Assembly: GCA_036340075.1 (NCBI GenBank)
Contig: JAYYZJ010000012.1
Coordinates: forward strand, 6,516 to 70,515
Origin: Thermodesulfobacteriota bacterium
GTDB taxonomy: Bacteria > Desulfobacterota_D > UBA1144
Length of the DNA: 64,000 nt
Direction: 5' to 3'
The stretch's first letter is position 1. Every line of letters begins with the position of its first letter. The notes under the pieces are model-generated. The model was given only the letters and a program-made list of their open reading frames with translations. It made no database searches and had not been told where the DNA came from. This document shows positions 41,624 to 51,311 of the stretch, piece by piece. A program made the translations under genes and the position numbers.

Positions 41624-42232
41624 ATGAAATTGTTTAAAAGTTTTTTTATTTTTCTTACTATTATTTTTATGAGTGTATCAGTTCACTCTATTGCAAAAGA
41701 GGAAATAAAACAGACTGATTATTCTTCAGAATCGGAAACCATAAAAGATTCAAAGGTGAAATCTGGCTCTGAGATTAAAAAGAAGTTTGAATACAATAAA
41801 ACCTATGGACCTTCCCCTATTTTGTCTTTTGGAGCAGGTGCTTCTGCTAGCCCCGCAGGTTATTCTCTAATCACGAGATTAGACATTCCTTGGAAAAATG
41901 ACTTATATATAGGACCAGTTGGACAATTTGCCAAAGGAGATGGTGAAACTCTTGCTGGTATAACGGGTAACATCAAAAAACACTTACCATCAACAGATCC
42001 AAAGATGATTCCATCTATTGAGGCTGGCATAGGATTTCTCGTAGATGATGAAGACAATGATAATGATGATAACAGCTCTTCTTTTCTAACTGTTGCTGGA
42101 GCAGGTTTTGACTATGTTATGTCAGACAATTTAAGCTTAGGAGCCCATGGTTACATGAATAATAGTTTTGATATGGACCACAAAGAGATATTCTTTACCT
42201 TCCTAGTTAGCTTAAATATTCGTCTATATTAA
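41624..42232 (+). CDS. Exported protein, probable small outer-membrane beta-barrel
   Basis: Signal peptide, amphipathic strands (GAGFDY, LSLGAHG), C-terminal aromatic residue (LNIRLY). Confidence 0.65.
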   Translation: MKLFKSFFIFLTIIFMSVSVHSIAKEEIKQTDYSSESETIKDSKVKSGSEIKKKFEYNKTYGPSPILSFGAGASASPAGYSLITRLDIPWKNDLYIGPVGQFAKGDGETLAGITGNIKKHLPSTDPKMIPSIEAGIGFLVDDEDNDNDDNSSSFLTVAGAGFDYVMSDNLSLGAHGYMNNSFDMDHKEIFFTFLVSLNIRLY

Positions 42233-42255
42233 CTTTATGCCTTTAGGCTAAAATA

Positions 42256-43638
42256 ATGGCTACTAAAAACCCAAAAAATATAATTATTCTAGGAGCTGGA
42301 TCAACAGGTGAATATCTTGCAGAAGAGCTTTCGGCAGAGCACAATATCACCCTTGTTGATAAAGACATTAACAAGATTAATCAGATTAAAAACAAAACTA
42401 AAATGGATTTGCTAACAATATCCGGAGATGCTTCTGACTTAAGCATATTCAACGAAACAGATTTAAAAGAAATCAATTTCTTTATTGCTTGTACAGATGA
42501 TGACAAGCTTAATATTTTAACTGCTATGTATTTTGAGAAAATTCCAGGAGTTCAAACAATTGTTGTAACAAAAGATTATAGATACAAAGACTATCCAGGG
42601 AAATTAGATGTTCCTGAGGTTAAAACATTTCATTCTGGGGACATAGTTTCGCAAAAAATTATGAATCTATTTGAAACACCTTATTCGTGGGAAACTGATA
42701 AAATAGCCGACTCTAGAATCTTATTTCTTAAAATCAAAATAGATGAATCAAGCCCAATACTAGATAATTCAATCTATTCATTAAACAAAGAAGGTACTAA
42801 TAAATGGAAATTTTTAGCAGTGACAGAAGACCCATCTTCTGAAAAATTGAATTTTATAAAGCCAGATTTACCTTCAACACGTCTAAGAAAAGGAGATATT
42901 GTTCTTGCAGTTATTGTTGATGATCATGAAGAAGAATTTGAAGCAAAATATTTTTCGAAAGAAGAAGCCGAATTAAAGAACATATTTATTGTAGGGGGAA
43001 CATATATCGCATCGGAAGTTGCAAAGAAGCTTGTAAGAAGAAAATGCAATGTAAAACTCTTAGTCCCAGAGCAAACAAGAGCTAGAGAACTCTCAGAAGA
43101 GCTAGAATCTGTACAGATAATTCTTGGAGAACCTACCGACGAGCAGCTTTTGGCAGATCAAGGAGTAGGTAAAGATTGTGATTACTTTCTAGCTTTGACA
43201 TCTGATGATGAGATTAATGTACTAAGTGCATTGTTATCAAGCAAATTAAAGGCCAGAAACTCATTAGTTGTATATTCTAAATCGGAATATCAAAATGTTA
43301 TCAACAGCATTGGTGCCGAAAGAGAAATTAATACTAAATTCACTGTTGCTGGAGAAGTATGCACCTATATTATTACTACTGGCAAGATGGGCAAAAAGGG
43401 TTTTCATGAGACAATCGTTGATGCAAATACTAAAATATTCGAATTTAGATGCGAAGAAGATGTCAATGTTGAGGAAATTGCTGAAAACATTTCATTAGCT
43501 TTTACAATCAAGGAAGGGGAAGAGACTCAATATCTTACAAATCCCAAAGAAGGTATGGCACAAAAAGGAGATTTGGTCATAGCCGTAACACTGGATGCAA
43601 AATCAGAATCTAGTTTAGAATCAAAAATACTCAAATGA
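42256..43638 (+). CDS. trkA: Trk K+ uptake NAD-binding subunit (two RCK domains)
   Basis: ILGAGSTG, IACTDDDKLN, LALTSDDEIN; adjacent to trkH. Confidence 0.9.
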   Translation: MATKNPKNIIILGAGSTGEYLAEELSAEHNITLVDKDINKINQIKNKTKMDLLTISGDASDLSIFNETDLKEINFFIACTDDDKLNILTAMYFEKIPGVQTIVVTKDYRYKDYPGKLDVPEVKTFHSGDIVSQKIMNLFETPYSWETDKIADSRILFLKIKIDESSPILDNSIYSLNKEGTNKWKFLAVTEDPSSEKLNFIKPDLPSTRLRKGDIVLAVIVDDHEEEFEAKYFSKEEAELKNIFIVGGTYIASEVAKKLVRRKCNVKLLVPEQTRARELSEELESVQIILGEPTDEQLLADQGVGKDCDYFLALTSDDEINVLSALLSSKLKARNSLVVYSKSEYQNVINSIGAEREINTKFTVAGEVCTYIITTGKMGKKGFHETIVDANTKIFEFRCEEDVNVEEIAENISLAFTIKEGEETQYLTNPKEGMAQKGDLVIAVTLDAKSESSLESKILK

Positions 43639-45188
43639 ATTTAAATAAATCCTTTTACTTGATAGGTAATTTCATAATTTATTATGGCCTTTTCTTACTG
43701 TTCCCGTTGTTTTCTTATTTTATTGTGGTTCCCAGCGATAAATTTTTTTCATCGAATGATTTTTTATTTCAACTAATACCTTTTGTAATTTCATCAGTTT
43801 TGTCTTTATCTCTGGGGTACGTAATAAAAAAAATTTTCTATGATGAGGAAAGTAGCAAGGAAGATTTAACGAGGAAGGATGGTTTCTTGTTAGCATCATT
43901 AGTTTGGATTTTTGCAGGGTTCTTAGGATCTCTCCCTTACTTTTTTTCTTCGATTAATATCTATGAAACTATAGGATTTACTTTAGATCCAGTATTCAAA
44001 GAAGATGTATTTGTTAATTCATTCTTTGAATCTGTTTCTGGAATTACAACTACAGGAGCCTCGGTCTTTTCTATCTTTCCATCTACAGATAGTCATTCTT
44101 TTCTTATTTTCTGGCGCTCCTTGTCTCAGTGGCTAGGAGGGATAGGAATTATCTTGTTAGTTCTCATTGTCTTCCCAAGAATATCAGTTGGCATTATGCA
44201 AATTGCAAGCGACCAAGAGGGGACTGGTCCACAAAAAGAAAGAATTACACCAAGAATTTATGAAACAGGATTAAGATTGTTCTTTATATATCTTGGAATT
44301 ACAGTGCTATTAGCATGCCTATTGTTCTTTGTAGGTAAGTTGAATTTGTTTGATTCAATAGTTCACACCCTAAGCACAGTATCCACAGGCGGCTTCTCTA
44401 GTTACCCTTTAAACATAGAAGCCCTTAACAATATTGCAGTAGAAACAATTCTTACAATTTTTATGTTCTTAGGTGGAATTAGTTTTGCGATTTATTATTT
44501 TGTTCTTTCTGGAAATTACAAAAAGATTATTGAAAATTCAGAATTTAAAACTTTCATTTCTTTGAATTTAATCTTAATAATGTTCATCGTCTATCTTTTA
44601 TTTGCATATAATGGATATAGTTTTATAGATAGTTTGAGATATGGTAGTTTCCAATCTATATCATTATCAACAGGAACCGGATTTACTTCGTTTAATTTTA
44701 ACAACTGGCCTAATAATATTAAATTAATCTTACTGGCCTTTATGCTTTTGGGAGGTTGTTCCGGCTCTACCACCGGAGGTATAAAAATTGTAAGAGTTAT
44801 TATAGTGTTCAAAAGAATTCATAATGAAATAAAAAGAAGAATTAGTCCAAATACCGTTTCAACAGTAAAAATAAATGGTAAATCAGTTGATGAGGAAGTT
44901 GTGACAGGAGTTTTCAGCTTTCTGCTATTGTATTTGATTATATGTATATGTTCTGTTGCAGCGCTTCTAATTTTTGAGAACGACGTAAAATCATTAACTG
45001 CTTTATCTGCTGTAATTTCGAGTATAACAAATGTAGGTCCCGGTTTTGATCAAATTAACCCCCATTCTAACTATGCTTTTTTTTCCAACCAATCAAAAAT
45101 ACTACTGTCTTTCTTGATGTTTTTTGGGAGATTAGAATTATTTACAATGGTAGCGCTCTTAATACCTTCTTTTTGGAAAAAATATTAA
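43635..45188 (+). CDS. trkH: Trk K+ uptake membrane subunit
   Basis: FESVSGITTTGA, STGGFS, GGCSGSTTGGIK, NVGPG, GRLE. Confidence 0.95.
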   Translation: MNLNKSFYLIGNFIIYYGLFLLFPLFSYFIVVPSDKFFSSNDFLFQLIPFVISSVLSLSLGYVIKKIFYDEESSKEDLTRKDGFLLASLVWIFAGFLGSLPYFFSSINIYETIGFTLDPVFKEDVFVNSFFESVSGITTTGASVFSIFPSTDSHSFLIFWRSLSQWLGGIGIILLVLIVFPRISVGIMQIASDQEGTGPQKERITPRIYETGLRLFFIYLGITVLLACLLFFVGKLNLFDSIVHTLSTVSTGGFSSYPLNIEALNNIAVETILTIFMFLGGISFAIYYFVLSGNYKKIIENSEFKTFISLNLILIMFIVYLLFAYNGYSFIDSLRYGSFQSISLSTGTGFTSFNFNNWPNNIKLILLAFMLLGGCSGSTTGGIKIVRVIIVFKRIHNEIKRRISPNTVSTVKINGKSVDEEVVTGVFSFLLLYLIICICSVAALLIFENDVKSLTALSAVISSITNVGPGFDQINPHSNYAFFSNQSKILLSFLMFFGRLELFTMVALLIPSFWKKY

Positions 45189-45211
45189 TTTCGTTATGTT
45201 AGAATTCATTT

Positions 45212-46111
45212 TTGATGTCAATAATTAGTTCTAAAACAATTTTAATAGGAAATTTTGATGGATTGCATTTAGGCCATCAGAAATTAATTAAATTCGCTCA
45301 AAACTTATGTAAGGAGTCTGGTACTCAATTAACTTTAGTCACTTTTAGGCCACATCCTAGAAAAATACTTTCTAATAAAGGCACCAACCTACTTCTTCCT
45401 TATGAAGAAAAATTAAATTATTTAAAAGATTTAGGAATAGATCTTGTAGATGAAATCAATTTTAATCTTGATATCTCCAAACTTTCCCCAGAGCATTTCA
45501 TAGAAGAGTTTTTAATTAAGCGCCATAATCCAAAAAATATAGTTGTAGGTAAAAATTTTAAATTTGGATTCAAAGCATCCGGCAATGTGGACACTCTTAG
45601 AAAATTTGTCTCACCAGAAGTTGAAATTTTCCCAATAGACATAGAGGAAATAAGTGGAGAAAGAATTAGTTCAACAATTATAAAAGATTTCTTATCTAAA
45701 GGAGATGTCGAAAAAACTAAGGACTTCCTAGGGAGATATTATTCTATATCTGGAGTTGTAGTCCATGGCGAACAACGAGGAAGAGAAATAGGCTTTCCCA
45801 CAGCAAATCTTAATACAAAATTTGAATTCTTGCCCATGAATGGAGTTTATGTAACTTATATTAATCTGGGAAATAGGAAATTAGAGGGTATTACAAATAT
45901 TGGTTTTAGACCAACATTTGGGAAAAAGGATTTATTGATTGAGTCTCATATTTTTGACTTTAATCAATCTATTTATAACCAAGAAATTACAATAGAATTT
46001 ATTAATAGAATAAGAAGTGAGAAAAAGTTTGATAGTGTAGAAAAACTTATAGAAAATATTAATAAAGACGTTGAACATGGAAGGAGAGTATTTAAAAGTA
46101 AAAATGATTAA
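45212..46111 (+). CDS. ribF: Bifunctional riboflavin kinase/FAD synthetase
   Basis: GNFDGLHLGHQ, ISST, GFPTAN, IESH; extended -10 TG-T-TAGAAT just upstream. Start is TTG 45212 or ATG 45215. Confidence 0.96.
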   Translation: MMSIISSKTILIGNFDGLHLGHQKLIKFAQNLCKESGTQLTLVTFRPHPRKILSNKGTNLLLPYEEKLNYLKDLGIDLVDEINFNLDISKLSPEHFIEEFLIKRHNPKNIVVGKNFKFGFKASGNVDTLRKFVSPEVEIFPIDIEEISGERISSTIIKDFLSKGDVEKTKDFLGRYYSISGVVVHGEQRGREIGFPTANLNTKFEFLPMNGVYVTYINLGNRKLEGITNIGFRPTFGKKDLLIESHIFDFNQSIYNQEITIEFINRIRSEKKFDSVEKLIENINKDVEHGRRVFKSKND

Positions 46112-46946
46112 AGGCAACACAAAAGTTTACACAGTTATAGGCAACCCGGTTAAACATAGCAAATCACCAGATATGCATAATGCTGCACTTACAGAACTAC
46201 AAATTAATGCTTGCTATGTTGCGCTAGAGGTAAAGGTCGACGAGATTGAGTCTATATGCCATTTGATTAAATCGGGAACTATTTCTGGATCAAATGTCAC
46301 CATACCTTATAAAGAAGAAGTTATGAAGTACGTTGATGTATTAACAGAAGAAGCAAACATGATTGGTTCCGTTAACACCTTGTACCCTAAGGACGGGAAG
46401 CTGATAGGAGACAATACTGATGGTCTAGGCTTTGAGAAATCTTTATTTGCTGACAATGGTTTTGTCCCCAAAAATAAAAATTGCCTTGTACTTGGAGCAG
46501 GCGGAGCTTCCAAAGCAGTAACGACAAAACTTTGCCAGAATGGAATTAAATCTTTGTTGATTTACGATATAGACCAGAAAAAAGCTGAAGAACTCTTGAG
46601 CCATTTAGAAAAGTTCAATTATGAAACTTCTATCTCTTTAGCATCTTCCGAAGATATTGATCAATATTCATCTGATAGCAATTTGATTATAAACTGCACA
46701 CCTATTGGCATGAAAGAAGATGATCCTGTATTGATTTCAAGCGAGTCAATTTCAAGCAATCATTTTGTATATGATATTATTTATACACCACCAGAAACTA
46801 AACTTCTTAAGTCAGCAAGAGAAAATGGCGCAAAAGTTATAAATGGAATGGACATGTTGGCTTATCAAGGAGCTGAAAGTCTATCTATTTGGGAAGATGT
46901 ACCACCACCTTATGAAACTATGAAAAAGGAATTACAAAATGGATAA
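46104..46946 (+). CDS. aroE: Shikimate dehydrogenase (start ATG 46104)
   Basis: GNPVKHSKSPDMHN, NVTIPYK, NTDG, GAGGA, NCTPIGM. Confidence 0.95.
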   Translation: MIKGNTKVYTVIGNPVKHSKSPDMHNAALTELQINACYVALEVKVDEIESICHLIKSGTISGSNVTIPYKEEVMKYVDVLTEEANMIGSVNTLYPKDGKLIGDNTDGLGFEKSLFADNGFVPKNKNCLVLGAGGASKAVTTKLCQNGIKSLLIYDIDQKKAEELLSHLEKFNYETSISLASSEDIDQYSSDSNLIINCTPIGMKEDDPVLISSESISSNHFVYDIIYTPPETKLLKSARENGAKVINGMDMLAYQGAESLSIWEDVPPPYETMKKELQNG

Positions 46947-48267
46947 ATATAATTGCTGGTATCAAAGTATAGAAAATCCAGAAAACAAATATGACATAAA
47001 TGAAATTATTTATAGGTGCCCAAAAACAGGGAGCTTATTAGAAGTAGAACATGATTTAGATTTATTGAGAGAAAGAGAACCAGAAGAATGGAAGAACCTT
47101 TTTGATGAAAGATATAGGAAACAAAGCTGGCCTTATGGAAGTGGAGTGTGGGGTAAAAAAGAGTGGGTTGTTCCATTTATTAAGGATGAAAATATTGTTT
47201 CTATGTATGAGGGAGGAACAAATCTTTTTTGGGCAGAAAAATACGGTAAGCAAGTCGGCGTAGAGGATTTATGGATTAAAATGTGTGGCAATAGCCATAC
47301 TGGTTCTTTTAAAGATTTAGGTATGACTGTTCTTGTCTCTGCAGTTAAACAATTAATTGCTGAAGGAAAGCAAATTAAGGCAGTAGCATGTGCTTCTACC
47401 GGAGATACTTCTGCGGCCTTAAGTGCATATTGTGCTGCGGCAGGATTAAAATCCATAGTTTTTCTGCCAAGAAATAAAGTATCAATTGCACAACTTGTTC
47501 AACCATTAGCAAATGGAGCCAAAGTCCTATCTCTTAATACAGATTTTGATGGATGCATGAAAGTTGTTCAAGAAGTTTGCGATAAAGAAAACATATATTT
47601 AGCTAATTCTATGAATTCGCTTCGAATAGAAGGACAGAAGACTATAAGTATTGAAATATGTCAGCAGTTTGGTTGGGAGGTGCCCGACTGGGTTATTATT
47701 CCCGGAGGTAATCTCGGTAACATATCTGCTCTTGGAAAAGGATTTCTGATGCTGAGAGATTTAGGTCTAATTAAGAAATTACCAAGATTGGTTTGTGCAC
47801 AAGCAAAAAATGCAAACCCTTTGTATATTAGTTATCTTGAAGATTTTAAAAGTTTTGAACCCATTAAGGCATCAAAAACACATGCGAGCGCCATACAAAT
47901 AGGAGATCCAGTTAGTGTAAATAAAGCAATAAATATTTTAAAAATTTTTGATGGAATAGTTGAGGAGTCAAGCGAGGATGAACTAGCTACATCATCAGCA
48001 AAGGTTGACTTAACTGGAACATTTAATTGTCCACATACTGGTGTAGCAGTTACAGCTTTTGAAAAATTAGCCAAAAAAAACGTAATCAAGAAAGATGATA
48101 AAGTTGTAATTATTTCGACAGCTCATGGGTTGAAATTTGTTGATTTTAAAATTAATTATCATATGGAGAATCTAGAAGGTATTTCTAACAAGTTCTCTAA
48201 CCAGCCATTCGAACTGGAAGCTTCTGTAGATGAAGTAATGAAGACTATAAATAAAAAGATACTTTGA
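46939..48267 (+). CDS. thrC: Threonine synthase (plant-like subfamily)
   Basis: HTGSFKDLGM PLP lysine, CASTGDTSAAL, PGGNLGN, STAHGLKF. Confidence 0.93.
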   Translation: MDKYNCWYQSIENPENKYDINEIIYRCPKTGSLLEVEHDLDLLREREPEEWKNLFDERYRKQSWPYGSGVWGKKEWVVPFIKDENIVSMYEGGTNLFWAEKYGKQVGVEDLWIKMCGNSHTGSFKDLGMTVLVSAVKQLIAEGKQIKAVACASTGDTSAALSAYCAAAGLKSIVFLPRNKVSIAQLVQPLANGAKVLSLNTDFDGCMKVVQEVCDKENIYLANSMNSLRIEGQKTISIEICQQFGWEVPDWVIIPGGNLGNISALGKGFLMLRDLGLIKKLPRLVCAQAKNANPLYISYLEDFKSFEPIKASKTHASAIQIGDPVSVNKAINILKIFDGIVEESSEDELATSSAKVDLTGTFNCPHTGVAVTAFEKLAKKNVIKKDDKVVIISTAHGLKFVDFKINYHMENLEGISNKFSNQPFELEASVDEVMKTINKKIL

Positions 48268-48273
48268 TAAATA

Positions 48274-48906
48274 ATGAAAAAATTAGATGGCTTATATCTC
48301 ATTACTGATGAATCTTTAATTGATCAAGAACAATATTTTGAGACAATAGAATCAGTACTAAGGGTAGGACCGGCTCTTTTGCAGTTGAGAATTAAAGACG
48401 CTTCTTATGATGACTTGCTCTACAAAGCGAAAAAAGTTAGGGCGATTGCAAACAAATTTGATACCTTGTTTATAGTAAATGATTATATAGATATTGCTCT
48501 TGAATCTGATGCAGATGGTATTCATATTGGTGGAGAAGATTTAGATTATTTAGAAGCAAGGAAAAGAATAGGAGAAAAAAAAATTATTGGCGTTTCTTGC
48601 TATGGAGATGTTAAACGAAGTATAGATTTTTCAAAATTAGGTGCGGACTATATAGCTATTGGAACCCCATATTTTACAAAAACAAAGCCGAACCGTACTC
48701 CAACAAGTTTAAATGTTATGAGAGATATAACATCAAAAGTTATAACTACACCGATATTTGCGATTGGCGGAATCAACTATGAAAATATATCTGAAGTTAT
48801 GAATACAGGCGTAAATGGAATCGCAGTCATTAATTCTGTTTTTGGAACACCGGATCCATCTGTTGCAGCATTAAATTTAAAAAAGCAATTAGAACAAATT
48901 GTTTAA
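48274..48906 (+). CDS. thiE: Thiamine-phosphate synthase
   Basis: GLYLIT, QLRIK, IVND, ADGIHIG, TKTK, AIGGI. Confidence 0.93.
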   Translation: MKKLDGLYLITDESLIDQEQYFETIESVLRVGPALLQLRIKDASYDDLLYKAKKVRAIANKFDTLFIVNDYIDIALESDADGIHIGGEDLDYLEARKRIGEKKIIGVSCYGDVKRSIDFSKLGADYIAIGTPYFTKTKPNRTPTSLNVMRDITSKVITTPIFAIGGINYENISEVMNTGVNGIAVINSVFGTPDPSVAALNLKKQLEQIV

Positions 48907-49956
48907 TTTTTTTCCTGATCTTTTAAAATCTTTTAATCTTTCAGCTAGTGCATGAGATACAATTGGGAGTGCTATAGAAGCATCACAATAACATTGTACT
49001 AGGTCGCCTTCGGGGTCTTCTTTTCCCCAGGAGACGGCTTCTTCAAAAGTACATCCAGATAATCCACCCCATTGAGGAGAGTCAGTAGTTATTTGAACAG
49101 CGTATCGATGTGGATAATAAGACTCTTGTTCATCAATATTTTCTCTTGTTCTTGGATTTTTTCTATTTGGTATAGCTCTCTCTTCATAAAGCAAATCGGC
49201 TGTAACTGAAATTAGTTGAATCCAATCTTTAGGTACTCCACCACCGATATAGACAACTCCAGTATCTTTAACATGTTCTGCTAAGGACATATATTCTGTG
49301 TAATCTTTAATTGAGTCTATAGTTAGACTAAATCCTTTGGACTTTGCAATAAGAGCCGCATCACCATATGGACTATCAGGAAATGCAGGACAAAAAATGG
49401 GGATATTTTTTTTAGCAGCAACTGACACTATTGATTCAACACCTTTTTTAGTTAACCAAAGACCAAACAAATAAAGAAATTCTCTAGAAGAATAATTATG
49501 CTTTTCGTTAAGCGTCTGGATAAACTCAGCAATTAATTCAGTCATTTCAAGATATTCTTTCTCGCTACCTAAAATATCATAATATCTATTAAAACCTTTC
49601 TTAAATAATTCTTCATCAGAACTATTTTGAGAAGATTGAATATATGCTCCACCCATTGCCTCAACTATGTCCTCAGAAATGTTCGCGCCTGTTGGCACCA
49701 GTATGTCGATTAAATTATTTTCCAAAAGCCAATTGATGATTTTCCACTGTCCAGTAGTTGATAACGAACCAGCATATCCAAAAAGAATTGTTATATCAGG
49801 ATTTTTAGACATATTCTCGAGAACTGTTACAACTCGAGCCAAACTCTTTCCTTGGAATCCGGTATTTTCCATTAAATGAAGCACTTCGGATATTGACCTT
49901 TCCTTATCAACATCAATTGCAGAAACTTTCTTATCCAGTTTTATTTTTTTATCCAT
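48889..49956 (-). CDS. Deoxyhypusine synthase-like protein (possible homospermidine/polyamine synthase)
   Basis: GFQG, TGAN, CPAFPDS, GGGVPK, GGLSGCTFEEAVSWGK with the catalytic Lys. Confidence 0.9.
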   Translation of the reverse strand: MDKKIKLDKKVSAIDVDKERSISEVLHLMENTGFQGKSLARVVTVLENMSKNPDITILFGYAGSLSTTGQWKIINWLLENNLIDILVPTGANISEDIVEAMGGAYIQSSQNSSDEELFKKGFNRYYDILGSEKEYLEMTELIAEFIQTLNEKHNYSSREFLYLFGLWLTKKGVESIVSVAAKKNIPIFCPAFPDSPYGDAALIAKSKGFSLTIDSIKDYTEYMSLAEHVKDTGVVYIGGGVPKDWIQLISVTADLLYEERAIPNRKNPRTRENIDEQESYYPHRYAVQITTDSPQWGGLSGCTFEEAVSWGKEDPEGDLVQCYCDASIALPIVSHALAERLKDFKRSGKKLNNLF

Positions 49957-50058
49957 ATTGTTTTCCTAAACAAAGAACATGTTAATCATAAAGAAATTGT
50001 TAATTATTTCAATAATATTATAAAACATAGGTTTTAAGGGATAATCTAGCAAAATAGT

Positions 50059-50086
50059 TTGACAAAAAATATATATATTTCATACT
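50059..50086 (+). promoter_or_regulatory. Promoter TTGACA-16-CATACT for the aminotransferase/M48 genes
   Basis: TTGACA 50059-50064, CATACT 50081-50086; GGAGG SD before 50136. Confidence 0.6.
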
Positions 50087-50135
50087 TTTTTTTACATTTT
50101 TTTGTGATTTTAAGTAAATCTTTGGAGGGTGCATA

Positions 50136-51311
50136 ATGGGATACAATTTCAGTAGCAGGACAAATCATTTTACATTACCTAAGCAATGGGCAAGCATGAG
50201 AGTTGCCAAGAAACTTGAGAAAGAAACAGGAAAAAAAATTATTCATTTCGAAAAAGGAGACTATCAAGGACCCGATTTTGAGACTCCTCAGCATATACTT
50301 GAGGCTACAGTGCGAGCTTTAGAGTCAGGATATGTAAGATACGATCCAGGACCAGGATTACCAGAGTTAAGAGAATATATTGCTACCGAAACGATGAAGG
50401 ATAGAAGACCAGGAACTAAGCCAGAGGAAGTCATTATTACAGCAGGAGCAAAAAATGCTTTGACAATGTCCCTACTTACTATTTTGGAAGACGGAGATGA
50501 AGTAGTATTTCCTAACCCAGGTTATCCACCAGATGAAGTTTGGGCAAAATATACTAATGCCAAAATATTACATACTCCATTAAACAAGGGAGATTGGCAG
50601 TATGATTTAGAGAAGCTTGATAAGATGATTACTGACAAAACAAAGCTTCTTATTATTAACACACCACAGAGACCAAATGGACAATTAGTTGAAAACCCAG
50701 AAGAAATAGCAGAAATTGTTTTAAAGCACCCTGACTTACTGGTTATAACAGATGAAATTTTTAGCCAAGTTATTTATGATGGAAAGAAACATAAAACAAT
50801 ATCATCTATTCCTGAAATGAAAGATCGTTGCATTGTTATTGATACATGGTCTAAGACATATGCAATGACTGGATGGAGAATAGGTTTTGCTGTTGCCAAC
50901 GAAGAGATTATTACTAAGTTGTCAATCTTCTTGCAGGATTCAATAACTAATGTTGCTGCATTTATTCAACGAGCAGCTTATGAAGCTGTTAGTGGACCCC
51001 AAGATTGGACGATAGAAAAAAGAGACTTGCTTGAAAAGAAAAGAGATTTGATGGTTAAAGGTTTAAACGAAGTTCCGGGCATAGAATGTGTTACACCACC
51101 AGGATCTTTTTATTGTTTTCCTGACATTACAGGTACAGGACTAACATCACAGGAGTTTACAGACAGACTTGTAGTCGAGGCCGGTGTTGCCGTTGTAGCT
51201 GGTACCGCGTTTGGAACACAAGGCGAAGGCTTTGTTAGAGTAACCTATGCTGTTTCAGATGAAGATATCGCAGAAGGCATAGAGAGAATGAAAACACTCT
51301 TTTCTAAATAA
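50136..51311 (+). CDS. PLP-dependent class I/II aminotransferase
   Basis: GLPELR, TAGAK, TDEIF, SKTYAMTGWRIG, FVRVTYA. Confidence 0.93.
   Translation: MGYNFSSRTNHFTLPKQWASMRVAKKLEKETGKKIIHFEKGDYQGPDFETPQHILEATVRALESGYVRYDPGPGLPELREYIATETMKDRRPGTKPEEVIITAGAKNALTMSLLTILEDGDEVVFPNPGYPPDEVWAKYTNAKILHTPLNKGDWQYDLEKLDKMITDKTKLLIINTPQRPNGQLVENPEEIAEIVLKHPDLLVITDEIFSQVIYDGKKHKTISSIPEMKDRCIVIDTWSKTYAMTGWRIGFAVANEEIITKLSIFLQDSITNVAAFIQRAAYEAVSGPQDWTIEKRDLLEKKRDLMVKGLNEVPGIECVTPPGSFYCFPDITGTGLTSQEFTDRLVVEAGVAVVAGTAFGTQGEGFVRVTYAVSDEDIAEGIERMKTLFSK

Noticed and set aside
49993-50036. Short palindromes (GAAAT-N8-ATTTC, ATAATATTAT, TAAAAC-N4-GTTTTA) in the DHS-like/aminotransferase spacer
   Set aside because: Almost pure A/T and expected by chance; no match to an operator I recognise.
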